Assembly: GCA_030390025.1 (NCBI GenBank)
Contig: JASTWF010000036.1
Coordinates: 3,350,001 to 3,414,000 of the forward strand
Direction: 5' to 3'
Length of the DNA: 64,000 nt
Source: Squalus acanthias
Lineage: Eukaryota
Part shown: positions 1-13,373 of the stretch, one piece after another
Layout: the number at the start of each line of letters is the position of its first letter
Position numbering within the stretch: position 1 is the first letter of the stretch
Program-made: the position numbers and the translations under genes
The notes under the pieces: model-generated
What the model was told of the DNA's origin: nothing
The model's database searches: none
What the model saw: the letters and a program-made list of their open reading frames with translations, nothing else

Positions 1-1874
1 CTCATTAGCATATGCCAGAGGCCCAACGCCTGTGTTGGGCAGCCACCTCGGATGCCTGACAATATTCCGAGGCCAATATGGCGTCCTTTGGGCGCAGAAC
101 ATTGCCCTGTGAAATTGCGCATTTTTGCCCCCGTTTTCCGTCGGGTGGAAAATCCCAGACGTGCTGGGGGCAAGCGGGGAGCAGTCAGAACGTCGCTTGA
201 AGAACTTTGCGCCACATTCTGCTGGGATTACGCCAGGGAGCCAGCAAGGGTTAGCACCTTCAGGAGAGACAGGGAGAAAGATTGGGAGAAGCTTACATAC
301 AACATTTTGTTTTCCAAGAGCAGTTCAATAAATCCCCCTTAATAGCAAAAGATTTTCACACGAGTATTGATGTTACTATGAGGCCACATAAATACACACA
401 TACACAAACACACATACAGACACAGCTATTTGTGCCCAAAGAATTCAATTACAATCTCATTTAAAAGACTTGAACATCGCAGGTCAACACACGCTGATGG
501 ATCAGCACTAAATACAAGTGCGGAACACTGCCCGAACTAGCAATCATGCAACAATTGGCGCCTGCATGGCAGGGTCACACAGGAGATGTCAAAAATAGCA
601 GTGTTTTCTCCCTCCTTTTAATGCCTTATTAATAGAAATGCTGCTGACTGCTCTTTCAATTTGCATGGATTGGTGACAGGAATCAGTTTACATCATCAGT
701 AAGGTCATCTCCACAGTGGGCACTACCTTTAAGTCAAGTCTTTCAAGAATTCACCGCCCCCCCCCGCCCCCACCCCACCCAGCCAATCCCTTGATGTGCA
801 AGGAAGTGGTTAATGACACACTCAGACACCCGACCTCCAATTAGACAGAGATAAATGAATCTCGTTCCGTATGAGCTCAACATCTCAGGCAGACATTGCT
901 GCTCCAGTCCCTCACCCAATGCTCTTCCTGTCCAAGCCTAAATAGTGATCATAAACTGCATCTCCTGCTTAGAACACTGCCTTGAAATCACTCCGCGATG
1001 TCCATTATTATTCAAAGGGTAATTTCTTTTCCCCTTCACTTTATTTCTCCTCCCTCAATGCTGAAGGTGCGAGGGGACAGGAGTGGACCTCCAGTACCTC
1101 ACCCAAGAGACCATTCTTCATGTGCAATCCTGAACAAGACGTGTTGACAGGCTAGTCAGCTAACTTTCCATTGAGGGCATCACAGTCCAGCCTTGATCTT
1201 GGCCTTACCCGAAATCCACACACGTGTACTTTCCAGCAGAGGTCAATGGAAACCGATCCGGAGCAGAAATCTTGGCTGATTTCTTCCTTTCTCTATCAAG
1301 AGGCACTGAGGCCAACTGAAGCATACCTACTGCCACACTAGTTGAGATCAGCGAAACCCGCACTGACTGGCTGTACTGCCCAGGATCAGGCTCAGCTGCG
1401 ATGCCCACCATAGTTGAACAGCTCACAGAACGTTGCCGTCTGGGTTCACACATGAAGAATGACCTACAAAGCAAGGCCATCGAAGTGAAGTGCCAGATAG
1501 ATGCTGTACCTTTCCACCATTCTTCTTTTTCCTGCTCTCCTTTACTCTCCTTCAACACTCTCCCTTTTCGTTAACATACTCTTTCCCAGTACCTCAATAC
1601 TGTGGAACCTCTGCCACTGCTTCTTGATCTCATTTTCTCTCCTACTTTTTTCAGCCTTAGTTGCAACTATGAGCCTTGGATCTTCACGTTGGCTTCTCAA
1701 TCAATGAAAAGAAACAAGGCACTACCTCAGATAGAGGACAAAATGAAAATTAAAAACTAAGTGTAGGAGAAGCCAAGCCAGGGTGGTCACACCATACCCT
1801 GTAGAATACCACAGGCAGAAAATTGGTCCTAGGTTGCACACTACCACTCAATCAGGGAACGATTCTATCTCTGT

Positions 1875-2207
1875 ACCCTCCTCCAGCCCTGCAACCCTCC
1901 AAGATCTCTGCACTCCTCCAATTCTGGCCTCTTGCATATCCCCAATTTCTTTCACCCCACCATTGGCAGCTGTCCCTTCAGCTGCCTCGGCCCCAAGCTC
2001 TGGAATTCCCTCCCTAAACCTCTCCACCTCTCTCTCCTCCTTTAAGACGCTCCTTAAAACCTGCCTCTTTGACCAAGCTTTTGGTCATCTGTCCCAATAT
2101 CTCCTTGCGTGGCTCGGTGTCAAATTTTGTCTGATAATCGCTCCTGTGAAGCGCCTTGGAATGTTTTACTATGTTAAAGGTGCTATATAAATACAAGTTG
2201 TTGTTGA
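1875..2207 (+). mobile_element. L2 3' fragment
   Basis: CTCTGGAATTCCCTCCCTAAACC...ATATAAATACAAGTTGTTGTTG. Confidence 0.88.
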
Positions 2208-2869
2208 TGTGGAGGGGAGGGAAAATACACAGAGCAGTTTGATGTTCTAACAACCCAGTGCTGATTAAATTCTTACAGCGATCAAATCACAAATTTGATT
2301 CGGATATTTTGAACAGAGCTTCCAGGATATCAATGCGAGCCGTGACACCTGCAGCTAATTTTGATGGTTCATGATTGAAAATCGCACTTCTGAATACACA
2401 TTACACAAAACACAACGGGTAATTGGAAGTGATAACAATGTAAATAATCCCTCGTCTCAGGGTTCAAGTGACAAATGGTTGAAGCTTCGCTCCGTTTACC
2501 AAGACCATCTGAATTCCTCAGTGAGATTTTCTCAGAATGACTCCCCATTATTTGCCATATAATTATGATGGGGGTTTAAAGAGTTAAATGTTTCCTGCCT
2601 GTAATATATTCCAAACAAATTCCATAGTCATTGAAAAGAAAATGCCACTATCTGCAGAGCTCAGTCCTCAGGGATGCCAAAGGTTAGAGTTCCCAGCCCT
2701 TCCACCACAAAGCAATTTGTAGAACAGCTGCTCCCAGCTTTCGACGACCACATGAATCATTTATAAGCATGTACTTTCACATATTCTACACAGGCATGGT
2801 CAGCAGAACCAATACAACCAGCAGGACCCCTCTTTACAAAGTAAAATCACCAGCAAGATCCCGAGGACG

Positions 2870-3315
2870 GTGGGTACGGTAGCGTAGTGGTTGTGTTGCT
2901 CAACTCGCAACCAAACGGCGAGTTCAAATCACAGTGCCTCAGTTTGGGAACTTGAATTCAGTTTACGAAAAATCTGGAAATAAAAAGCTGGTATCAGTGA
3001 AAGTGACCATGAAGCTGTTAGATTGTCGTAAAAACCCAACTGGTTCACTGACGTCCTTTAGGGAAGTTAAACCTGTCGTTCTTATCTGATCTGGGCCTAT
3101 TACAACTGTGACTACGCTTCAGAAGAACTTCATTGGCTGTATAGTGCTTTGGGATGAGAAAGGCGCTATATAAATGCAAGTTTTTTCTTTCTTTCTATGT
3201 GACTCCAGTCCCACATCAGCATGGTGATCTCTTAACTGCTCGCTGTAATGGCCTCGCAAGCCACTCAGTTGTATCACTACCACCTTTTCAAGGGCAACTA
3301 GGGATGGGTAATAAA
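2870..3315 (+). mobile_element. Second tRNA-SINE family (with nested Deu-SINE tail ~3099-3196)
   Basis: A/B-box-like head (TAGCGTAGTGG...GAGTTCAAATC), body GGTTCACTGACGTCCTTTAGGGAAG, tail AAGGGCAACTAGGGATGGGTAATAAA shared with LINE family B. Confidence 0.7.
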
Positions 3316-3324
3316 CTCGACAAC

Positions 3325-3640
3325 GCTTCTGCGGCAGCACCTCCCAAACCTGCGACCTCTTCCACCTAGAAGGACATGGGCATCAGGCGCATGGGAACAC
3401 CACCACCTCCAAGTTCCCCTCCAAGTCACACACCATCCTGACTTGGAAGTATATCGCCGATCCTTCATCGTCGCTGGGTCAAAATCCTGGAACTCCCTCC
3501 CTAACAGCACTGTGGGAGTACCTTCACCACACGGACTGCAGCGGTTCAAGAAGGCGGCTCACCACCACCTTCTTAAGGGCAATTAGGGATGGGCAATAAA
3601 TGCTGGCCTTGCCAGCGACGCGCACATCCCATAAAAACAA
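3325..3640 (+). mobile_element. CR1-group LINE family B, 3' end
   Basis: Ends GGGATGGGCAATAAATGCTGGCCTTGCCAGCGACG; matches the RT-bearing copies at 21590 and 37285. Confidence 0.85.
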
Positions 3641-3834
3641 ATGTAAAAAAACGTCGGCCTTGCCATCTGTCTCAGTCATCACAAATCGAGTCACTTGGGT
3701 TCTTTAGCAAGTGTGATTGTCCCACTGTTCACAAGTGCCACAAACACAAACCTTGACCTTCAGGAAAGGGGGTTCGAAGTTGGTTAGCAACAAGGACTGG
3801 AAACCAGTTAGTTTTTTCCTCCCTAGTTAAAAGA

Positions 3835-4340
3835 AAAAGAAAAAGGGCTTGCATTTCTATAGTGCCTTTCACAACCCTCAGGACGTCCCAAAGCACTTCA
3901 CAGCCAATGAAGTACTTGTTGAAGTGTAGTCCCTGTTGTAATGTAGGAAACGCGGCAGCCAATTTGCGCACAGCAAGCTCCCACAAACAGCAATGTGATA
4001 ATGACCAGATCATGTTTTTTTAGTGATGTTGTTTGAGGGATAAATATTGGCCGGGACACCGGGGAGAACTCCCCGGCAATGTTCCTGTTAAGCTGCGCTG
4101 GAGGTCTGGAGGTCCCACGCAGGCCGCTCACCGCCATTTTAATGGAAAAACCACGCATGCGCGGAAATCTGAATGGGCCACGCAGCCTGATAAAGGGGCC
4201 GCGCACCCAAAAATAAAATGAGAGGGAACATTGCTCCCTGGCTCTTTTAATAGTGCCGTGAGATCTTTTACGGCCACCTGAGAGGGCAGAGGGGGCCTCG
4301 ATTTAACGTCTCATCCAAAAGACAGCACCACCGACAGTTA
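3835..4340 (-). mobile_element. Deu-domain SINE fragment interrupted by a hAT-type MITE
   Basis: Family similarity on both sides of 4077-4233. Confidence 0.85.
4077..4233. mobile_element. hAT-type MITE
   Basis: TIR CAATGTTCC/GGAACATTG; 8-bp TSD CTCCCCGG / CTCCCTGG. Confidence 0.85.
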
Positions 4341-5044
4341 AGATTAATTATCACAAGTTTGCAACCCTTTCCGCCCCCCCCCCCCCGCCACCAATGAGAT
4401 CAGCTATCTAAATACATATCTGAGATGGAAACCTGGCACCTTCCCAGTCTGTATGGCTTGAGCAATATGTATGTATCATCCATATTCCTATCACTCTCAT
4501 TCCGAGAATCACTAATGGCCAAAAGAAAAGCGGGGATTGAATTGAATCGCACCACCTGAATGACATCCCCAACTCTCCTCTCACGTGCATGCATGAGCCT
4601 GCACCACTCCAGCATAAACAGTCTTAGAACAATCTTTCACAGGCATGGGAAAACATCTGGAATTCACACCGTCACCAGCGAGATATTCTGTTTATTCTTG
4701 GGGAGAGATCAGTTCTTGGATTCTTAGTCAGTCTGCAGAAGGCATTGCCAAGTGTCGAATGATAATTTGCATGTGTTCATTACTGCTTGGATTTTTCACT
4801 GCTGCTATCATTGACTCCGCTAAATGAATAGCAGGGAAACAAGGAATGTATAATAGTGCTTTATAATTCATTGCAGAAGACGGCTCCATCACATCACCAG
4901 CAATGGTGTGAACAGCTATTCAGTGAACTGGATCTATTAACAGCAATGTCATTTTAGAATGTCTTAACAAATGTTACACTGGTACTGTGCTTATATAACA
5001 ATAAACTTTTTCCAATAACAGTTACATATTAAATGCTCCAACTA

Positions 5045-6258
5045 CCTAGGGTAGATAGAGAGAAACTATTTCCGCTGGTTGGGGAGTCTAGGATTTGGGG
5101 ACATAGTCTAAATATTAAGGGGGAGAAATTCGGTATCGCCCCATTTGGGGCGCCATTATCGGCCAGGCGCAAAGTTTAGCGCCTGCCGCTAATTATCGCC
5201 TCCGACTGCAAACTTGGCTTCTATCGCCCCTGGAGGTGATTGAAGCGCTAAATCAGGCGCTTCACACCTCTCTTAAGGTGCAAACGCTGAGGAGCGAGGC
5301 GCTACCTCAGAGCGCTGGCGAAGCTCATGTGATGTCAGTCAGCAATGGAGCACAGACACACTGGCGTCGGCCAGTTCTTAAAGGGGAGGGTCGATCTTGC
5401 TCTCCATCCACACACTGCTCATTGCAGCCTTGAATCTCAGCCTGGAGAGACCTGTACATCAAATCTGCTGGAAAGAACAATGGAGAGGCCCAGGGAAAGA
5501 GCTCAGAGTGCAGCCCCCACAGTCTCTTCTAAATCGATACAAGGAAGGACAAATCAAAATGAACCTGCAAAGTGCTGCTCAGCACCCAAAACTCCTTCAC
5601 ACAGCGTTGAATCTCTCCAAAAGTCTCTCTCTCTCTCTCAGAATGCGTGGTGCAAAAATGTCGCCGACAAAAAAATTCAGGAAGCGGTCGCCTTTAAATA
5701 GCGCTCCCCCAGTCCCTTTCCGACTGCAAAACGTTCCCCTCAACCTGTCGTTGCTAGCGGCAGGCAGTAAGGCAGGGGGCGCCACTCAATATCCGGTCCG
5801 GGACGCTACCGGGGCGTTGCACACTCGACTGACGTCACGATCTGCGGGCGCAGGAGATCGTGGCGGTAGTGTTTAGCGCCACCGCAAAATGTCTGGTCAA
5901 TTTCGCGAGCGCCGCAAACATCGCTGCGCCCGGGCGCTAGCTGCTTTGCGCCCCATTAGCGCCCTCTTAGGGCACTAACGGGAGGCGCAAATCAACCAAA
6001 TTTTTCCCCCTAGGAGTGAAATTAGGAAACACTTCCACACACAAAGGCTGGTAGAAGTTTGGAACTCTCTTCCGCAAACAGCAATTGATGCGAGGACAAT
6101 TGTTAATTTTAATTCTGAGATTGATAGCTTTTTGTTAACTAAAGGTATTAAGGGATCGGGGCCAAAGGCGGGTATATGGAGTTAGGTCACAGATCAGCCA
6201 TGATCTCATTGAATGGCGGAACAGGGCTAAATGGCCTCCTCCTGTTCCCATGTTCCTA
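5045..6258 (+). mobile_element. CR1 3' fragment split by a GC-rich MITE (5119-6010)
   Basis: CR1-like sequence at 5045-5117 resumes at 6011 and runs to the 3'UTR. Confidence 0.75.
5119..6010. mobile_element. GC-rich non-autonomous DNA transposon (possibly PIF/Harbinger-like)
   Basis: TIR GGGGGAGAAATTCGGT / ACCAAATTTTTCCCCC; interrupts a CR1; rich in GCGCC/GGCGC motifs. Confidence 0.75.
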
Positions 6259-6451
6259 TGCCAGGAAGAACAAGAAAGGTTAAATATTCCAGAAGGAGAG
6301 AGAAGCATAACAAAAAACCTCCAGCACCTCAGACCTCGGTGCGTCACTGACTCTTTCCAGATCCTGGGGCATCCAAAAGGGCAAGCCATTGAAGAACACA
6401 AACTAACGGCACCACGTATTGCTGTGGTAATGTACGATCTGATGGGAGACT

Positions 6452-6548
6452 TAGAAACATAGAAACATAGAAGATAGGAGCAGGAGTAGGCCATTCGGCC
6501 CCTCGAGCCTGCTCCGCCATTCAATGAGATCATGGCTGATCATCCAAA
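6452..6548 (-). mobile_element. Very short CR1 3' end
   Basis: Nearly identical to the 3' ends at 11376-11470 and 28957-29056. Confidence 0.85.
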
Positions 6549-7279
6549 CTTGACACACTCGGAATGCCTGCATTTCAATCGAGGCTAACGGAAATTCTTC
6601 TAAACTCCGCAAGATCACCAGGGCAATTACCCATGTTCTGCAAAGATTAACCGACTTCTTTTTATTTGTTGGAAAAAACGTTTTAGGATTTTAGAAAATT
6701 AACAGAAGGGTTTTTTAAAAAAAATTATTGTATGGGTGAGGGTAGTAATTCAAAAAATGAATGGATCAATATTTCACACTGGAGAAATCTTAATGTTATT
6801 TATAGGTTTGCATTTCAGATTGCCTCACATGGCAACTCCCTGATCGCAGCCCTGCTAGCAAGTAAAAGTGAATGGAGTCCAGGCAATTCACCTAAACAGT
6901 GATTTGTAGGGGATGGAGATGTGGCATCCTCTAGTATTTGACTCAAGTGTCCATTCAATGATGAGCCCACACAGTGAGTAGCTGGGACTGGCTATCCGAT
7001 TGTGGGGAAGATCGTAGGCAAGCCCGATACTTGCTCATCGGGCATCCATGCATGCACGTTTTCCAACAGGGGCCACTGGATAACGATCAGGAGCGGTGGC
7101 CTTGGCCAACATTACCCCTCCCTAGCCCAGGGGTCAATGTAGCCGCCCCAAATGAGATCAGGTAATTCAGCACAGATGGAGAATCCAACATGGGATGTTC
7201 CTGCTCCATATGGTTCATTATAACACTGGACACTGTATTTAACCATCAAAGTTATTGGGGAGCTGGAACTAATCTTTCG

Positions 7280-7500
7280 AAAAGAAAGACCTTGAATTTC
7301 TATAGCACCTTTCACGACCGCCGGACGTCCCAAAGAGCTTTACAGCCAATGAAGTACTCTTGAAATGTAGTCACTGTTGTAATGTAGGAAACGTGGCAGC
7401 TAATTTGTGCACAGCAAGCTCCCACAAGCAGCAATAGGATAATGACCAGATAATCTGTTTTGGTGATGTTAGTTGAGGGATAAATATTGGCCCAGGATAC
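7280..7500 (-). mobile_element. Deu-domain SINE 3' fragment
   Basis: CAGCAAGCTCCCACAA and tail motifs. Confidence 0.85.
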
Positions 7501-8019
7501 TAATGGGAAAGCGCGCTCTTTAATAAGAATGAATTAAAAAGAATTTTCCACCCGTCCACTCAGAAGTATTCACTTATCAGAGTCAACTGCGCTTCGAATC
7601 TGTCAGCAGGCTAAGCACCTGCACTTGCTGACTTTCAAACATAGGGGAGCTTTTGCAGCACAGTCCAAGCAGCAGGTCTACTCTACAGAGCTCATAAATT
7701 ACAATGCTCCGAACAGTTTCAATGTCATTGTTTATACAGCTTCTAAACTCAGCAATGACTATCCTCTCCTTTAATCCGACAAAATGTCCTTGTATAGTGT
7801 GTTTTACAGGCAGAAAGAGTTACTGTTAATCATTTGTGTTTGTGGTTTGGTATTTCTTTAGCACTGTGATTCAGCACTGCAGTATCACCATTGTCCATAC
7901 CAGGTACAACTGCCGAGCTGTGCGCTGGTTCAACCAAGGCTTTACACAGTTGAAAAACATCCACTTGGAGTGAATCCTTGGAGCTCACGGCTCTTTTGCC
8001 TAATTAGATTGGTAAGGCC

Positions 8020-8640
8020 CAGTGATCGAGTGGATAAATTCACCACCCAGTATGGGGCTAAACCATACAGCCCAGAAGGTCCCAAATTCAATCTCTGGGT
8101 TTCCGTGCTGAGTTAGCTGATCTCAGCCAGGGTGACAGAGAGGAGGTAGCGAAGGCGCAAAGTATGACAATGGGCTTCAGCACCCTGGACCTCGGTGGGG
8201 TGAAGGGGGAGGAGAAATCAACCAGGGTGTTTCCTCCCTATCTAGTAATTCCTTCTGGAAAGAGCATGTGTGGATTTTGGGGAGAAAAGGATCAGGCTTG
8301 GATGTGATGACCTTCCATGGTCAAAAAGCCTGCCCACGCTCCAGTCTAGAAATGACTGCTGGTGATATTAGCAGACAAATATTTAACGTGTTCACATTCC
8401 TCTGTCTGTTATTTGAACACAGGCATTGCTTCTGCTAAAATCATGGACAGAGAAACGTCACATGAACGCATTAAATGTTGATCCACTAATATCACCAACA
8501 GTCATTTCTAGGCCTCACTGTCTAGGCTCACACTTGAAGGATGATCATTTAGGCCAGGTGCACCCTTGGAACCGTACCTAAGCAAGAGTCAGCACAATGA
8601 GGAGAGGACACTGAAGGTGGCTGGAGAACTACTGACAGCC
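8020..8640 (+). mobile_element. Old dispersed SINE-like repeat (family C), representative copy
   Basis: Recurrent motifs TGAGTTAGCTGATCTCAG...GGAAAG.GCATGTGTGGA...GGCTCACA..TGAAG; a dozen or more diverged copies in the window. Confidence 0.65.
8346..8511. mobile_element. Foldback (palindromic) MITE
   Basis: CTAGAAATGACTGCTGGTGATATTAG / CTAATATCACCAACAGTCATTTCTAG; arms extend imperfectly inward. Confidence 0.8.
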
Positions 8641-9239
8641 AGACACTCCCTTAATAAACATCAGTTTCTCAGATTTTTCTCTATTTTTGTACAAATCATG
8701 CTGCTTTCCTCTTTAAGTGAACTATTCCACTTGAGGATATCAAACGCACAGTGCTAAACATAGGGTGTAGGGATAGGGAGGAAACGGAGGGCGGGGGAAG
8801 CCTCACAGATTTGACATGGTACTGTGATGAAAGTTGAAGATATGTGCTGCGTTTTTAAATCTAATGTAACAAAAAAGAATTAACCTATGTCTTGTCACTT
8901 TAAATCCAAGATGTCTACAGGCAATTTCCACCCCAATGTAAAACATCAATGAGGCTTCTCTTTGATCTGGTGATTGAGACAGGTCCATAGTTTGAAGTAT
9001 GAATTGCGTTGGAGGCCAGATTTGGAGTACGGTTGATCACTGGTTGTACATATGTAAATACTTGGGGGCACTTGCACCAACAAACATGCGCCTCTGCTAT
9101 TTGATTCCAAAAAGTGCATCTTGAGCTATGTGACGCTTCTTTGTTCTTTACCTTGTAAAACAAATACTTCTAGCCTGTAAAACCTCTGATCTGTGTTCTG
9201 ATATTCCGCATACTAACATGATTGAAATCGTAGGAGGAA

Positions 9240-9505
9240 TCTACATAATTTTCAGTACACAGTTTTCTGCAGTTGTGGTAATTATTAACCCCAGGTCATA
9301 CAACTTCTGCTGTGAAACCGCTGAAAGGGATAACTGTGTTATACACATGTTTAATTTAGGACAATTCTGCATAATTTTCGGTACACAGTTTACACCCCAG
9401 GTCACATAACCTCTGCAAGTGCAGATTCAAAAGACCTTATTGGACAAGGTCTGCTTTTAGGAACTGCTATGAAACCACTGAAAGGGATAACTGTGCTACA
9501 TACAC
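9240..9505 (+). repeat. Imperfect local direct duplication
   Basis: CATAATTTTC.GTACACAGTTT, CCCCAGGTCA and TGAAACC.CTGAAAGGGATAACTGTG each occur twice in the same order. Confidence 0.7.
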
Positions 9506-10014
9506 ACACGTACACTTAACTCAGCATTTTGAATTTATCATGGTTTCAATAAAAGGACCATTTCATATAAAAAGGCTTTGTAAGTCATTTAGATTGGAGG
9601 CTAGCCAATATTCTACAAGAAATCTCCTAACACAGTGCCTTTTTTCCTCCATTACCCAGTACACTTAAGATGCAACTGTTCGTCAGGGTACACGTGTTAA
9701 AAACATGAGAAAGCATGGAAGAAAAGATAAGATTATTTGGTCCATCAATCCAATTTCTTCCACATACCTTGCACAAGTCATTTAATCTCCTACGACAGAC
9801 CATGTTTCAATCTATTCCGTCATGGACTTTGCTCAACCCATTTAACCTCCTGAGGAAAGGTCTACAAGGTTTCTGCAAGCACCCTCAAAGATAAATTAAG
9901 CAAAGTAGGCCGAACCCTCCATCCTATATTACACACCCTTGACCAGTTCCCTCCATGGTCCCAGCAGCTCATGAACCATTACGTTCCACAGAGCATTTGA
10001 TCATCTCTATTTTT

Positions 10015-10385
10015 TCGCGGGATGTGGGCGTCGCTGGCAAGGCCAGCATTTATTGCCCACTCCTAATTGCCCTCGAGAAGGTGGTGGTGAGCCGCCTTCT
10101 TGAACCGCTGCAGTCCGTGCAGTGAAGGTGCTCCCACAGTGCTGTCAGGCAGGGAGTTCCAGGATTTTGACCCAGCGACGATGAAGGATCGGCGATATAT
10201 TTCCAAGTCAGGATAGTGTGTGACTTGGAGGTGAACTTGGAGGGGGTGGTGTTCCCATGCGCCTGCTGCCCTTGTCCTTCTAGGTGGTAGAGGTTGTGGG
10301 TTTGGGAGGTGCTGCCGAAGAAGCCTTGGTGAGTTGCTGCAGTGCATCTTGTAGATGGTACACACTGCAGTCACGGTACGCCGGT
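10015..10385 (-). mobile_element. CR1-group LINE family B, 3' end
   Basis: Reverse complement of the family B 3' end. Confidence 0.85.
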
Positions 10386-11375
10386 ATCTCCACATATGCA
10401 TTCAGCTCTTCTTTTTTAAGGTGTTAACCAAGATAGCATCAACTGCTTTAGTTTGAGGTTTACTCCACATAATCACTACATGCAAGGGCAAAAACACTAC
10501 AGGACAGAAGTACAAAATAACAGGCCACCCTCCCCCACCCAGACACACATCTCCAGCGGATATGTGGAATGAACTTACAGCAAAAGCAGTAGATACTCTC
10601 AATTAACTCTGAAAAAGCTCACACTGGGTAAATATCTGGTGAGGAGCAGGACTGAAGGGTATAGGAATAAGTACAGACAGAAGTAACAACACTCTCCATG
10701 GATCAGATTTTACCGATTTCCACCAACTCCTGGATTTATTTTTGGGAGGTGATTGGTAGATTTGAGAGGGAAACCCCCCCCCCCCCACTCCAAAATTTCC
10801 ATTCTTTTCTTCCCAAAATCTGGAGATACGTGTAAATCATAGCCATGAGGTCAGCATGCATGTTGTGTGCTGTATGGGTCATGCTGAGGTCACTTATGTG
10901 ATGTGCGCGTATCGGTAGACCTGATTAGTGGCAAGAAAGGAAACAATAGTGCAATTAGGACGTGGGTCTTCCTTAGGCACTGCTGTGAGGACCACAATCT
11001 TTACACTACAGCAAGTGTTAGTCATTTATTCCTGGCCAGCTATGAAGCAAGGACAACAGCGCACTGACACGGTTACCACACTGATAGTCTTCAGGGCACC
11101 AAGGTCATCGATCAAAGGCCGACTCAGCTCACACACCAAGGCATTGTTTACCAAAAAGCAAGATCACAACTGCTCCCCTGTGCATAATCGCAAACAATTT
11201 TTAATATCCCACCATCATAATCCCACCATAATGTCTTGGCCAATCCCTTATCCAACATCACCAAAACAGAATATCTGGTCATTATCTCTTTGCTGTTTGT
11301 GGGAGCTTGCTGTGCGCAAATTGGCTGCCACGTTTCCTACATTACAACAGTGGCTACATTTCAAAAGTACTTCAT

Positions 11376-13365
11376 AGATACATAGATACATAGAAGATAG
11401 GAGCAGGAGTAGGCCATCCGGCCCTTCGAGCCTGCTCCGCCATTTAATGAGATCATGGCTGATCCTCCAATTCAGTATCCCGTCCCCGCCTTCTCTCCGT
11501 AACCCTTAACCCCTTTTGCCTGTAGAAATATATCTAATTCCCTCTTAAATATATTTAATGAGCTGGCGTACACTGCCCTCTGTGGCAATGAGTTCCACAG
11601 GTTCACCACCCTCTGAGTGAAGAAATTCCCCCTCATTTCTGTCCTAAATGGTTTAGCCCTTATCCTTAAATTATGTCCTCTAGTTCTGTTCTCACCCGCC
11701 AAGGGAAACATTCCTTCTGCATCTAGTCTGTCTAGACCTGTCAGAATTTTATACACTTCTATGAGGTCCCCTCTCAATCTTCTAAACTCCAGTGTGTACA
11801 TCCCTAAACTACATAGTCTCTCCTCATAGGTCAATCCCGCCATTCCTGGTATCAGCCTGGTGAATCGCCGCTGCACCCCCTCCATGGCAACAACATCTTT
11901 CCTCAGATGAGGCGACCAAAACTGTACACAGTACTCGAGGTGTGGTCTCACCAGTGCCCTGTACAGCTGCAGCAAGGTATCCCTGTTCCTGTATTCCAAC
12001 CCTTTTGCTATGAAGGCCAGCATACCGTTTGCCTTCTTGACCGCCTGTTGCACCTGCATGCTCGCCTTCAGTGACTGGTGTACAAGAACACCCAGGTCTC
12101 TCTGTACTTCCCCCTCTCCCAATTTATTGCCATTTAAATAATAATTTGCCCTCCCGTTCCTGCACCCAAGGTGGATAACTTTGCACTTGTCCACATTATA
12201 GTGCATCTGCCATTTATCCGCCCAATCACCCAGTCTGTCCAAATCGCTCTGGAGCTTCCTGGTCTCCTCCTCTGAGCCCACCCCCCCTCCTAGTTTAGTG
12301 TCGTCTGCAAATTTGGAAATGCTGCATCCGACTCCCTGATCCAGGTCATTAATGTAAATTGTGAACAGCTGGGGACCCACGACAGATCCCTGTGGTACCC
12401 CACTTGTTACTGCCTGCCATTCAGAAAATGAGCCGTTTATTCCAACTCTCTGTTTTCTATCTGACAGCCAGTTCTCTATCCACGTCAATACTTTCCCCTT
12501 TATCCCATGAGCTTCAATTTTCCATGCTAATCTTTTATGTGGGACCTTGTCGAAGGCCTTTTGGAAGTCCAGGTACACCACATCTACTGGCTCTCCCCCA
12601 TCTATTTTACCAGTTACTCCCTCAAAAAATTCCAATAGATTAGTCAAGCACGATTTACCCTTTGTAAATCCATGTTGACTCTGTCCTATCCTGTCCCCAT
12701 TTGCTAAGTGCTCCGCTATTTCATCCTTAATGATGGACTCCAGCATTTTGCCCACAACTGATGTAAGGCTTACAGGTCTGTAATTACCTGCTTTTTCCCT
12801 ACCCCCCTTTTTGAATAGTGGGGTAACGTTAGCTACCCTCCAATCCATGGGCACTGTTCCCGAGTCTAATGAATTCTGAAAAATCATACTTAGTGCATCC
12901 GCTATCTCTAGGGCCACCTCCTTCAGTACCCTAGGATGCATGTTATCAGGCCCTGGGGATTTGTCCGCCTTCAATCCCTTTAGCTTCCTTAACACCATAT
13001 CCTTAGAGATATTGATTTGCGTCAGTTCCTCCTTTGCCAATGTCCCTATTTTTCCCGATATCCCAGGGAGGTTTTTTGTGTCTTCCTTCGTAAAGACTGA
13101 CCCAAAGTATGCATTTAGTTGGTCTGCCATTTCCTTATTTCCCGTTATATATTCCCCCGTATCTGACTGCAATGGACCAACTTTGGTTTTCACCAGTCTT
13201 TTCCTCTTGATATACTTAGAAAAGCTTTTGGAGTTAGTTTTTATATTTTCCGCCAGCTTGCTTTCGTAAGCTATTTTGCCCCTCTTGATTAAGCCCTTTG
13301 TCCTCCTTTGCTCTATCTTAAACTGTTCCCAATCTTCCGCTCTGGCGCTTTTTTTGGCTATTTTA
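11376..13365 (-). mobile_element. Young 5'-truncated CR1 LINE inserted into a SINE
   Basis: Uninterrupted ORF2 fragment, 3'UTR hairpin and 8-nt terminal repeats; TSD TACTTCAT at 11368-11375 and 13366-13373. Confidence 0.95.
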
Positions 13366-13373
13366 TACTTCAT
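11472..13373 (-). CDS. CR1 ORF2 C-terminal part (reverse transcriptase), 633-aa open frame
   Basis: KSPGPD, NYRPVSLTS, YLDFQKAFDKV, GVPQGSVVGP and FADD motifs; no APE endonuclease domain. Confidence 0.9.
   Translation of the reverse strand: MKYKIAKKSARAEDWEQFKIEQRRTKGLIKRGKIAYESKLAENIKTNSKSFSKYIKRKRLVKTKVGPLQSDTGEYITGNKEMADQLNAYFGSVFTKEDTKNLPGISGKIGTLAKEELTQINISKDMVLRKLKGLKADKSPGPDNMHPRVLKEVALEIADALSMIFQNSLDSGTVPMDWRVANVTPLFKKGGREKAGNYRPVSLTSVVGKMLESIIKDEIAEHLANGDRIGQSQHGFTKGKSCLTNLLEFFEGVTGKIDGGEPVDVVYLDFQKAFDKVPHKRLAWKIEAHGIKGKVLTWIENWLSDRKQRVGINGSFSEWQAVTSGVPQGSVVGPQLFTIYINDLDQGVGCSISKFADDTKLGGGVGSEEETRKLQSDLDRLGDWADKWQMHYNVDKCKVIHLGCRNGRANYYLNGNKLGEGEVQRDLGVLVHQSLKASMQVQQAVKKANGMLAFIAKGLEYRNRDTLLQLYRALVRPHLEYCVQFWSPHLRKDVVAMEGVQRRFTRLIPGMAGLTYEERLCSLGMYTLEFRRLRGDLIEVYKILTGLDRLDAEGMFPLAGENRTRGHNLRIRAKPFRTEMRGNFFTQRVVNLWNSLPQRAVYASSLNIFKRELDIFLQAKGVKGYGEKAGTGY

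Noticed and set aside
9000..9100. Minus-strand MFVGASAP and NRT words as a possible ITGA7 exon 2
   Set aside because: The motifs are in different frames, there is an in-frame stop, and no proper splice sites
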